This document shows positions 35,601 through 43,017 of a DNA stretch of 64,000 nt, piece after piece. This DNA is from a virus (lineage: Duplodnaviria > Caudoviricetes). Every line of letters begins with the position of its first letter. Positions within the stretch are counted from its first letter, which is position 1. The position numbers were made by a program, and so were the translations under genes. The stretch lies in IMG/VR virus record IMGVR_UViG_3300030330_005435, positions 1-64,000 of that record; one strand, written 5' to 3'. Under the pieces are notes generated by a model. That model was given only the letters and a program-made list of their open reading frames with translations. It had not been told where the DNA came from and searched no databases.

Positions 35601-36949
35601 CAACGTTTAATTTTATCAAGAAGAGATTTTAAGCTTGGTAAAAGGCTAGTGCCTCCTGAAACTAAAAACTGCTTAAGAGGTCCCTCGGGCAATTTATTCA
35701 CTGCAGGGGTGCAAAAATCGTCAATAAACCCTATTAGTCCTGGCGCTGAATCAAACCCTTTTCCAGCAAGCCCCACTGTGCCTTTAGCTGGTTCCCCATA
35801 ATATGTTAAAATTGCTTGCGCTTTGTTGAATAAAGCTGCTGATGATCCGTCCGCACCGCCAGTAAACGCGGCGACTTCAGATTCGGTTGGTAAATATTGC
35901 ATCAGACCTTGTTCTAGAACGTTATGAAGGCCCACCAAGAAAGAGGCGTATAAATGCGGTATATCACCCAGAGGTATAGGGCTTGGCTGGCTTATGTCTC
36001 CGTAAAATTCTGGTGTTTTCAGTGATTGTCTTGCCTCATCACTAATTAAAATATGATCATATTGAGAAATCTCGCCTCCCACTCTCAAATAGTCAGGCAC
36101 ACTAGTAGGCGGGTCTGTTGTGATTAATAAATTAGTTGCGTTGCCCACTCTGCCATAATCAATCGCTGGGGCCCCTTCGGTCATGCCAATTTGCTCAAGC
36201 GCTCTAAGTTGTGCAGCCTCTATCGATTCTTCGTAAGAAGCAACCTGTTCTGCAGCGCCTGGAATTCCCAATGCGGCGGCTTGTCTTGCTTCGTTTATAT
36301 CTGAAGCAGGCCCAACAGTTGGAGCATACTGGTTAATTGGCGCCCTTCCTCGTAATGTGTTGGCATCAAAATTATTAAACATGCCTGCTTCTGGATCGGA
36401 AGCTCCCTCAAAAAACAAATCAATTGCTTGTTGCAGCATAACTCTTGCGTTTTTTAAATTTTCTGCGCATTCCATTGATGCTTGTTTTGCTATGCTGCCT
36501 GCTTTTTGAACATCCTCTTTAACTATTTCTAGAAGTTCTGCTGCTCTATAGTCTTGCCATGCCTTATCTAACGTGTCTTGTACGTGTTGGCTACCGCCGT
36601 CGCAACCTGCTGATATAAAGGCCTGGTCGATAACGTCTTCGTAGGCGCCGCGAATCGTCGCGGGACCGACACGGTCGACTGGAATACCTAGGTGTTCAGC
36701 GTAGGTTTCGTCAGTGATGCCAATGGCCTTCTGTACATCCGTGCTCGTCGTCGAGCCGTATTGCTTGATAGCAGTTCTGTAAGTCTTGGAGAAAGCGGCG
36801 CATTTAGGTCCGAAGAAACGTTCGACATTTCCGTATTTCCAATCGGCTTCTGTTGTACCGCCATCAAGCTGTTCAACTCTTTCTTTAAAGGCAGTTTCGT
36901 ATTTTTCCTTAATTTCTTGATCTGACATATCTAAAATGTTATCAGACAT
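32666..36949 (-). CDS. Large baseplate hub / tail-associated protein
   Basis: Position between LysM-like wedge gene and downstream baseplate genes; C-terminal 'YPGMYIYV...GIGGYYMIIRSTHKF' hub-like pattern. Confidence 0.6.
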   Translation of the reverse strand: MSDNILDMSDQEIKEKYETAFKERVEQLDGGTTEADWKYGNVERFFGPKCAAFSKTYRTAIKQYGSTTSTDVQKAIGITDETYAEHLGIPVDRVGPATIRGAYEDVIDQAFISAGCDGGSQHVQDTLDKAWQDYRAAELLEIVKEDVQKAGSIAKQASMECAENLKNARVMLQQAIDLFFEGASDPEAGMFNNFDANTLRGRAPINQYAPTVGPASDINEARQAAALGIPGAAEQVASYEESIEAAQLRALEQIGMTEGAPAIDYGRVGNATNLLITTDPPTSVPDYLRVGGEISQYDHILISDEARQSLKTPEFYGDISQPSPIPLGDIPHLYASFLVGLHNVLEQGLMQYLPTESEVAAFTGGADGSSAALFNKAQAILTYYGEPAKGTVGLAGKGFDSAPGLIGFIDDFCTPAVNKLPEGPLKQFLVSGGTSLLPSLKSLLDKIKRCAEDIKDAKDDFDDFIDDLRNNIPEAAEVLDDDVAQEAFNQAMENLADTDLDDIGFGSLEDKKLFKEQCFLLAYAAKIAEFKNKKLEHVDDNLTAINSSGVTKRLPYCNIEDLEVNQTDFAAQSTYNASLQMNGDSFGFINKLTQSPNYAALIDIPHHQLSALQPMIRLFKVEYSEEMDDNEHTDLETEVEMKFNSAFTQAELSDVFLGRRTRSAGVGLKEFEFTYDGSNPFSYKKSIKAKLVLHAATFQELFLERKGETTRVKNGSLSAGPNKNYRYIDLALKTFSKFSNNNSLAKKYQKIFDENANLAKLNFRLKAVVGWSMPKGDIPGLSADEKNKLKSVLSNSYVTLNLTPTIHNFAFDQTGAVTFEINYLAYIDDFFDDRGFNVFADPTGKVGWQRELRRMQMARIRSKCSSAEEIQDLNQKYKDIVQKEVNDSLSSLMRAMIQKKKIYYINIDYEKIQNFIADGPYNAYEDYVISNSEDDIVLSDSDRDEVQQEIINDAFAAYSQQQGNTDEQASEASLKAALFAASPQSNELSFFYLSDLIDVVLENIQLELEKLSEQYKKDQNKKDLTTTSDSSEDLIHIDDWNKRMADLEKYKKNLKRFRLLLGPIELAHHSNFEKGHPSVFVSFGDLPISVKYFLEWVAGKVLSKDEVFYSLSAFLNQLMNNLVTKFLNNNRCFYFDIKQKVRVNQATLTTYSAPEYGGLDEITYLLRRKAKAMKNLEYGGNPTKLNMADAVVQDHRGLNADGTIVNGDSSNLGPILNVSGRPNNKFSNYPPLSNEINYMVFYAARVSAHGSVPNREADSANGVFHYLLGRDRGLIKEINLQKTTSKGLAEVRFEQDGYDGLSQLRVVYDLDITSYANVNTYPGMYIYVPPAGFDPSFARLPPQTVDKNGKKVNFDLSQVGIGGYYMIIRSTHKFAMGEASSQISAKWVANLHNDFPPAEGGTGIESGEPDPSCQSTIDNRITEMEKP

Positions 36950-37293
36950 TAATATACTCCAAGGGCCATCAGAACTTTTTCTAAGTTTAACGGAATGACA
37001 ATAGCATCTCCGTTTTGAATATCGGCTTCTGTTGGCAATCCGTTATACCAAGCAATAACCCACCAATATTCTGGATCATCGTAATATTTGTGTGCGAGAT
37101 TATAAAACCTGTCGCCATACTTCCATATATGGGCGGTTGTTTTTAAAGAAGCTCTATCCAACATTGTTGGGTGGCGCATAACTACAGTTGACATATGAGA
37201 AATAGACTTTGTGTTGCCTCTTTTCTTTCTAAGAAATTCATAAAATTCAGTGCTATTATCTAAAATTTGCGATCTTGTGTATCTTGTAGACAT
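36949..37293 (-). CDS. LysM-like baseplate wedge / tail protein X
   Basis: HIWKYGDRFYNLAHKYY.DP..WWVIA.YNG...I..GD.I.IP. Confidence 0.8.
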   Translation of the reverse strand: MSTRYTRSQILDNSTEFYEFLRKKRGNTKSISHMSTVVMRHPTMLDRASLKTTAHIWKYGDRFYNLAHKYYDDPEYWWVIAWYNGLPTEADIQNGDAIVIPLNLEKVLMALGVY

Positions 37294-37304
37294 TTATAAA
37301 CTCC

Positions 37305-38504
37305 TTAATCAATGAACTCACTCAAAAAAGACCCATAGGCTGCTTCTTCAGATTTAGTAGCTTCATCAGGATACGGTCTTGCATTAAATGGTTTCTTGTC
37401 TTTTACGGCGGCGCTGCGCTCAGAGATCTTGTTTTTTCTTCTTTCGCCTTTTGCTGTTAGTTCGTATTCTATTTTGCCATCTACAACTCCGCCTGCAATT
37501 AGATAGCCAGCAGCTATGGCGTTTTTAATCATTTGTTCTTTCTTTTCTCGCTCTTCATCAGCCAAAAGTTTGTCAATTTGTTTTTGAACCGCGGCTTGGG
37601 CTGCAAGTGCTTGGTTTAGATCCAATTGGGCTTGGGAGCCAGCTGCGTTAGAATCATTTACGTTTATTCCATAAGGAAACAATCTATCGTTGAAGGCGTT
37701 TTTTTCCCATCCAAGTGTATTTTCGTGTATAACATCAAAATCAAGTGTTACTTCAATTGCTTTTGGAATTATAACACCATCTGCTAAAATAAAAGAGCCC
37801 ATTTCTAAGTTGTCTATGTTATGATTAACACTCACATTTCTAATAGCCCCTAGCAAACCTTGGCTAGCAGCGCCATGCGACAAAGTTTTTTGAGCTTGTT
37901 TGTGGTGTTTAAGATTGCCTACTGCGGGCGGTTCCGGAAGGCCCGAGAACGCATTTACCACTGGAACTTGTGATTGGCGAATCATATTCATTATTCTCAT
38001 CCTAATTAACGGAGACTGCGATACAGTTAAAGCGTTATCGACGTCTTCATATGTCGGATACAAAAAGGATAAAAGTTCTTGTACTTTACCTAAATTTTCA
38101 AATGCTTCGCCTTCAGAAGAAGCTGGTATGATTAATGACAAAGTTATGCTTCTTGTTGTTTGTTTAAACATTCTAATTGGATCAGTTCGTCCATAAACGG
38201 ATTCAGAATTCCAATCGCTACTAAAGGTTTCATTAAAAGCATTTATAAATGATTTAAAGTGCACATAGTTGCTTGTCGGAACATGAAAAAATGATACAGC
38301 AAACCCCCTGTTTGCAAATGCATCCGATCCATCACTATAGTAAACTTTAGTCGCGTTAATAGCGTTACCCTTCGCATCGATGCCGCTTTTTAATTCATCA
38401 AGAGTATATTCTGCCAAGTGTCCAACTTGGCCCGTTTCAGGATCACCATTTTCTTTTACTAAGCTTGCAAATTTGTTAGTGCTGTAATAATCTTTTATGC
38501 CCAT
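37305..38504 (-). CDS. Baseplate tube initiator (CIS tube / gp48-gp54-like)
   Basis: FSSDWN.ESVYGRTDPI..F..T.R.ITLS; PLIRMRI; PKAIEVTLDF; directly after tape measure. Confidence 0.7.
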   Translation of the reverse strand: MGIKDYYSTNKFASLVKENGDPETGQVGHLAEYTLDELKSGIDAKGNAINATKVYYSDGSDAFANRGFAVSFFHVPTSNYVHFKSFINAFNETFSSDWNSESVYGRTDPIRMFKQTTRSITLSLIIPASSEGEAFENLGKVQELLSFLYPTYEDVDNALTVSQSPLIRMRIMNMIRQSQVPVVNAFSGLPEPPAVGNLKHHKQAQKTLSHGAASQGLLGAIRNVSVNHNIDNLEMGSFILADGVIIPKAIEVTLDFDVIHENTLGWEKNAFNDRLFPYGINVNDSNAAGSQAQLDLNQALAAQAAVQKQIDKLLADEEREKKEQMIKNAIAAGYLIAGGVVDGKIEYELTAKGERRKNKISERSAAVKDKKPFNARPYPDEATKSEEAAYGSFLSEFID

Positions 38505-38512
38505 TTATATCT

Positions 38513-41176
38513 TTACGACAGTATTTTTGATACTGTTGTTTTCCTTCTCTGTATAATATTAACTACTGCTTCCTCAAAAAGTGGTGTATTAAATTTAACT
38601 TCTACTTGTCCTGTAACTTCTGTTTTTGTTGCTGCTTGAGCACCACCAGCACCTGCAACCCTTGTCATGCCGAGAGCAGCGCGAGCGCCTGCCGTATTGG
38701 CTGCGCGTGCTGCCGCGGCTGTGGAGGTCATTGTTGTAGTGAACGCAATCGATCTTTCGACGGGAATATCGTCCATTGCGTCTGCAATTTTTCTTATGGC
38801 TTTTACTAAGGCGTCTATCGCACTAACGTTGATATTTGACAATCCAGTAGCAAATTCTGCAATTGCTTCTAAATCTTTTGTCGCTATAAATTTTAGCGCT
38901 AAACCAAACGCCAACATACCTGCACCAACCGCAACAAAACCAAGTCCTGCCATTGCTAAAAACGGACCCGCGATTGCTAAAGCGCCTACTAAAGCACCAA
39001 ATGCAATTGCCTTGTCAATACTAATAGAATCAAACATAAGAGCCATACCAGCACCCATAAGACCAACGCCTGCTGCAGCAACAAACACAGAACCAGCTAA
39101 TGTGGCTATAAATGCGCCTGCAATTAATAAACCTGGGGCCGAAGCAACTGCCGCGGCGCCTAGTGCCGCCATACCCGTGGCTAAAATACCAAGAGCCGGC
39201 GCCAACAAATATGCACTAACAGCGGCTGTTGCAAAAACAGTCGCCATTCCTATCATTTGCTCTAAAGAAAGAGTGCTAAATGCAATTGCCAAGCCAGCAA
39301 GAGCTAAAGATACCAGACCTACTGCTACGGCCATTTGCATAAGCGGCGGATTCATTGCTTGTATACCAGGAGCAGCCCTAGGGCCGACTTGACTAACGGC
39401 ATACAGGGCCGCGGCCATTCCAAACAAAGCTAACACCACTTTTGAAGGTGATGCAATACCTAGCGCTTTTGAAAGCAGGAATATGACGCCAGCTAGTAAG
39501 CCAACGTAGAAAACCGTTTTTCCCATGCCTTTTACTTGTAGTGCTTGGGCTGCAGCATTAACCTGTGTAACAACTGCGAGAACAATCATCACACCTTTAT
39601 AGGTAATAAGTGCTGGAATAAGAAAATCAACATGCTTTGCGAACGTGGCAAACAAATCAACCATTCTATGCAGTAAAGGTGCCAATTTAGTGCTCTCAGC
39701 TAACACTGATTGCAGTGTAAGTGCTAGTTTCTCTTGAGCGCTTTGCACATCCAAGGCTCTTTGTTTTTCTTCAATCAGTGCTTCAGCACTTTTGTTTGTA
39801 GAGCCAGCCAACATGTCCATATTACCTGACAGCATTAGCGCTAAATCTCCTACATCGGAAAGTCCGAGTGATTCGGCGTAAAATTGCTTTTGATAATAGG
39901 ACATTTCATCAAACGATAAGCCAGCGCTTTCGATAGCGTCCCTAACCATTCCAAAACGCTCAGCAGGATCGGTTGCCATCATCATATCCATGGCATTTAC
40001 AAAATTGCCCCCTAAAGCTGCGTTTAGTTGGCCAGTCATTGTGGCTGCGTCTTCAAAAGTGTCAAACTTGTTCGTAATGTTTAGTACCTTATCTAATTCC
40101 AGACCTGTAATCTTAGAAATTCTTGATAATTCTTTAAATGTGCTAATCCCCTCGTTGCCAAACTTTGCTAGCGCAGGACCAGCTTTGGCAAATTCTGCTG
40201 CTAGAGCGCCTGGCTCTCGACCCAAGGCACGTGCAGTCGCCATAAGCTCTCTTTGCACTACCACAGCTTGACCTGCCGACTGTCCAAAAAGTTTTGTTGA
40301 GTTCTGTATACCTTTGGAGAAATCTTCTTGTGCAACGCCTAATTCTGCTAATACGAGTGCATTTTCAGTTATTATATCTCTTTGATCTTTGCCCAACATT
40401 GTAAAGTCAGTGAATGTTGTAGCCATTTCTTGTTGCATTTTGGTCGCATCTTCAATACTTACGCCTAATTCGACCATAGCGTGGTATTGTTCTTCGATTG
40501 ATTGCGTATACGCGGGACCAAGCTGCATTTGGCGCTCAAAGCCTTTTGTAAGGTTATCAAACTCAAAAACTGTTTTTACCATAGCAGAAAAAAGTTTATC
40601 CATAACCCCAGTTACTGGTGACATGGCGCTTTTAAATTTCTCGGCATTTTCGGCAACGCCTTTCATATGATGAGCTAACTTTCCAATGCCGCTCAGAGAT
40701 TCTATTTTTTTGAGTTCTTTTCTCTGTGTTTTAATTTTCTTGTTTGCTTCTTCAATTTTATCAACTTGATCTTGAAGTGCAATTGCCTGCTTTCGCATTT
40801 CAGGCGTAACTTGTTCGCCTTCAAGCGCAGCTTTAGCTTTTATTAATGTAAGCTGAGATTCAAGTTTTGCTTGAGCAGCTTCTAATTCAGCATTGGATAG
40901 TGCTTGTTTATGAAGTAAAGTTTCTGCAGTTTCTTTACGTTTGGCTGCTGTAGCTTCTTGTTGAGAAGCAATTCGCTCTTCTTGTTCCGCAATGTTTGCA
41001 ATAGCCTTTACGCGGGCCTTAAGAAGCTTCTGGTCTTCGGCTAATCGGTCACCCTGGTTTTTAAGTCGGCGCGCTGTTCTTCCTTCGGCTTCTGCTTGTG
41101 CTTCTTTAAGTTTAACAAGATCTTTGTTAAGTTGCACCAATCTTTCAATGTCTGATAATTTATCTTTATCGGCCAT
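38513..41176 (-). CDS. Tail tape measure protein
   Basis: 887 aa; N-terminal coiled coil, Ala/Gly-rich hydrophobic C-half; follows tail chaperones. Confidence 0.85.
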   Translation of the reverse strand: MADKDKLSDIERLVQLNKDLVKLKEAQAEAEGRTARRLKNQGDRLAEDQKLLKARVKAIANIAEQEERIASQQEATAAKRKETAETLLHKQALSNAELEAAQAKLESQLTLIKAKAALEGEQVTPEMRKQAIALQDQVDKIEEANKKIKTQRKELKKIESLSGIGKLAHHMKGVAENAEKFKSAMSPVTGVMDKLFSAMVKTVFEFDNLTKGFERQMQLGPAYTQSIEEQYHAMVELGVSIEDATKMQQEMATTFTDFTMLGKDQRDIITENALVLAELGVAQEDFSKGIQNSTKLFGQSAGQAVVVQRELMATARALGREPGALAAEFAKAGPALAKFGNEGISTFKELSRISKITGLELDKVLNITNKFDTFEDAATMTGQLNAALGGNFVNAMDMMMATDPAERFGMVRDAIESAGLSFDEMSYYQKQFYAESLGLSDVGDLALMLSGNMDMLAGSTNKSAEALIEEKQRALDVQSAQEKLALTLQSVLAESTKLAPLLHRMVDLFATFAKHVDFLIPALITYKGVMIVLAVVTQVNAAAQALQVKGMGKTVFYVGLLAGVIFLLSKALGIASPSKVVLALFGMAAALYAVSQVGPRAAPGIQAMNPPLMQMAVAVGLVSLALAGLAIAFSTLSLEQMIGMATVFATAAVSAYLLAPALGILATGMAALGAAAVASAPGLLIAGAFIATLAGSVFVAAAGVGLMGAGMALMFDSISIDKAIAFGALVGALAIAGPFLAMAGLGFVAVGAGMLAFGLALKFIATKDLEAIAEFATGLSNINVSAIDALVKAIRKIADAMDDIPVERSIAFTTTMTSTAAAARAANTAGARAALGMTRVAGAGGAQAATKTEVTGQVEVKFNTPLFEEAVVNIIQRRKTTVSKILS

Positions 41177-41215
41177 GAAAAGCCCTCACTTTTATATCAA
41201 TAATTAGTTATAAAT

Positions 41216-41243
41216 AAAAAAAGACAGAGTGGTTAACTCTGTC
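41216..41243 (-). terminator. Intrinsic terminator after tail chaperone extension
   Basis: GACAGAGT / ACTCTGTC stem + T7. Confidence 0.8.
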
Positions 41244-41502
41244 AATCGCCAATGAATCTCTTAAGGTCTTGCGGCATGGGTGGCGAATTTTGTGCAGTAA
41301 GCTCTGTAGAGCCGCTACCGCCCCCATTATGTGCTTTTTCAATGGCTTCTTTTTCAGCTTCTAGCTGTTTTATTAATCTTTGAACAAACCAGTCTCTCAA
41401 TCCAACTGGTAAATTGTATGCTTCCGAAAATGACCAGCCTCCACTATATTTTAAGAAGAAAAACTGCTCATATACGTTTTCCATGTATTCATCGGTCAGG
41501 CC
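41242..41502 (-). CDS. Tail assembly chaperone C-terminal extension (probably reached by frameshift)
   Basis: GLTDEYMENVYEQFFFLKY.GGWSFSEAYNLPVGLRDWF; overlaps upstream ORF end at a T7 run; no RBS for the internal ATG at 41484. Confidence 0.7.
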   Translation of the reverse strand, partial: GLTDEYMENVYEQFFFLKYSGGWSFSEAYNLPVGLRDWFVQRLIKQLEAEKEAIEKAHNGGGSGSTELTAQNSPPMPQDLKRFIGD

Positions 41503-42340
41503 AAAAAAAGTCCGCGGTGAGCGGCACCTCCAAATCTTGTTCATGACCGCATTCAATGCACTCAAAGTGTTGTACCATGTCAACGTTCGGAGTAGCCAGC
41601 TTGTATACAAGACGCAAATGACGCGAATCGCTTGTTGGCATATTATCAACAACATAATTGATATTTTTTTGCTCTGTGTCTCCGTTGACAGCTACAATGA
41701 TATGTTTAAGCTGTCTAGTGACTGCATTTTCGTCCATTTTACGCTTGCGAGCATTTTCTACTTGATCAAGCAATATTCTCTCATCAGAGCCATTTAGAAG
41801 CCTAAAAGTAGCTTCAACTTTTGTGCTTGGGAGAATTGTAGTGAAAGTGCCATCATCATTTGGCGTTGCATCTTCAGGTAACAAACCTTGTCCATGATAA
41901 GTATCTAAGCCGCTCAAGTTAAAATTACACTCTTGAGAGGTGCTACAAGCGGGACAGGTTACGTTTGTTATATAATCGCTTCCATAGCCTGAAACTCTTG
42001 CTGCTATAATAATAGCGTTCCTATCTCCCACCAAAAGAGAAGTAGGTTTAACGTTTTTATCCATAATAACACTGGAAATAACACGTTCAATCGCGATTCC
42101 CTTTTTAAGAAGAGATCTTGAAGTAAGAATATCTTCTTCTTTGGCCGTCATTTGCTTAATCTCAATCGTTTCTTGATTGTGAAGCGGATGGTTTGGTGGA
42201 TAAAACAAACCTTTTGACGGAAGCTCTACAAACTCAGTTGGGACAACAAACGAAAATCCCACGTTTTCTTGTAGAGCCGGTTGTGGCGGGCCTGTATCTT
42301 CTGGAGTTGGCTGACCCATCCTGTCTCTATTTCGTGACAA
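41489..42340 (-). CDS. Tail assembly chaperone / gp26-like baseplate hub assembly protein
   Basis: VELPSKG.FYP, MTAKEEDILTS, LLVGDR.AIII.AR..GYG, CPAC and CIEC, ends FFWPDR; follows tube gene. Confidence 0.8.
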   Translation of the reverse strand: MSRNRDRMGQPTPEDTGPPQPALQENVGFSFVVPTEFVELPSKGLFYPPNHPLHNQETIEIKQMTAKEEDILTSRSLLKKGIAIERVISSVIMDKNVKPTSLLVGDRNAIIIAARVSGYGSDYITNVTCPACSTSQECNFNLSGLDTYHGQGLLPEDATPNDDGTFTTILPSTKVEATFRLLNGSDERILLDQVENARKRKMDENAVTRQLKHIIVAVNGDTEQKNINYVVDNMPTSDSRHLRLVYKLATPNVDMVQHFECIECGHEQDLEVPLTADFFWPDR

Positions 42341-42364
42341 TGTACACCTCTATTTTAAAGTATT

Positions 42365-42952
42365 TTACGATTTGAAGAACTCGCTACCTTGATTAAGTGT
42401 GGCGACTGATTTACCTTGTGGTGTTTCAACTCTCGCCCAGTCATACTTAAGGGTAACTGAAAGTTCTGTTAAGTTTTCATCACCATAAGCAAGTGTGTCT
42501 CCAAACTTGAGATCTGTGATGAATGCGTTCCAAAGTGTCCAAACTTCTAAGTCATTACCTTCGGCGTCAATTTGAGTGATGGTAACTGAACCAAGAGCAT
42601 TAACGGCTGTTGCCTTGGACATTGTTTGAAGGCTATTAGCATTTGTGGGTGGCCTATAGCCTCCTTCTTGAACAATAGCAGCCATAGTAGCGGTCATATC
42701 AGGATCGTTTGGATCAACCATAGTAATTGTGATATCATTCCAAGTAACAGAGCCTGGATAGTAAAAAGTATGATTCAAATACTTGTGCTCTGCGGCAGAA
42801 ATTGCAAATGATGGTTTAGCAGCAGTTTTTGCAAACCAAAGTGATGGGCCGTCTGGACCTTGAATTCCTTGAAATTCTATTCTAAATCGAAAATTTCTTT
42901 TCGGGTCCTTTATGGACGCTTCTAGACCGTGATTTTGTGACCAAAATGCCAT
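42365..42952 (-). CDS. Tail tube protein (gp19-like)
   Basis: PKRNFRFRIEF, AAKPSF, YYPGSVTWNDITIT..D, L.YGDE..TELSVTLKYDWA. Confidence 0.88.
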   Translation of the reverse strand: MAFWSQNHGLEASIKDPKRNFRFRIEFQGIQGPDGPSLWFAKTAAKPSFAISAAEHKYLNHTFYYPGSVTWNDITITMVDPNDPDMTATMAAIVQEGGYRPPTNANSLQTMSKATAVNALGSVTITQIDAEGNDLEVWTLWNAFITDLKFGDTLAYGDENLTELSVTLKYDWARVETPQGKSVATLNQGSEFFKS

Positions 42953-42989
42953 TGTTGGGGTTCTCCTGTTAATCTATAATATATAGTTG

Positions 42990-43010
42990 CGCGGCTCGAA
43001 AAGAGCCGCG
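42990..43010. terminator. GC-rich hairpin between sheath and tube genes
   Basis: CGCGGCTC / GAGCCGCG 8-bp stem; no T tail on the coding strand. Confidence 0.5.
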
Positions 43011-43017
43011 ACTTTTA

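Noticed and set aside
38667-39392. 241-aa plus-strand Ala-rich ORF
   Set aside because: Mirror of the Ala/Gly-rich tape measure gene
41503-41655. Upstream 51 codons of the 137-aa ORF as a real N-terminus
   Set aside because: They overlap the conserved chaperone C-terminus in another frame with no RBS; only the part after the U-run looks protein-like
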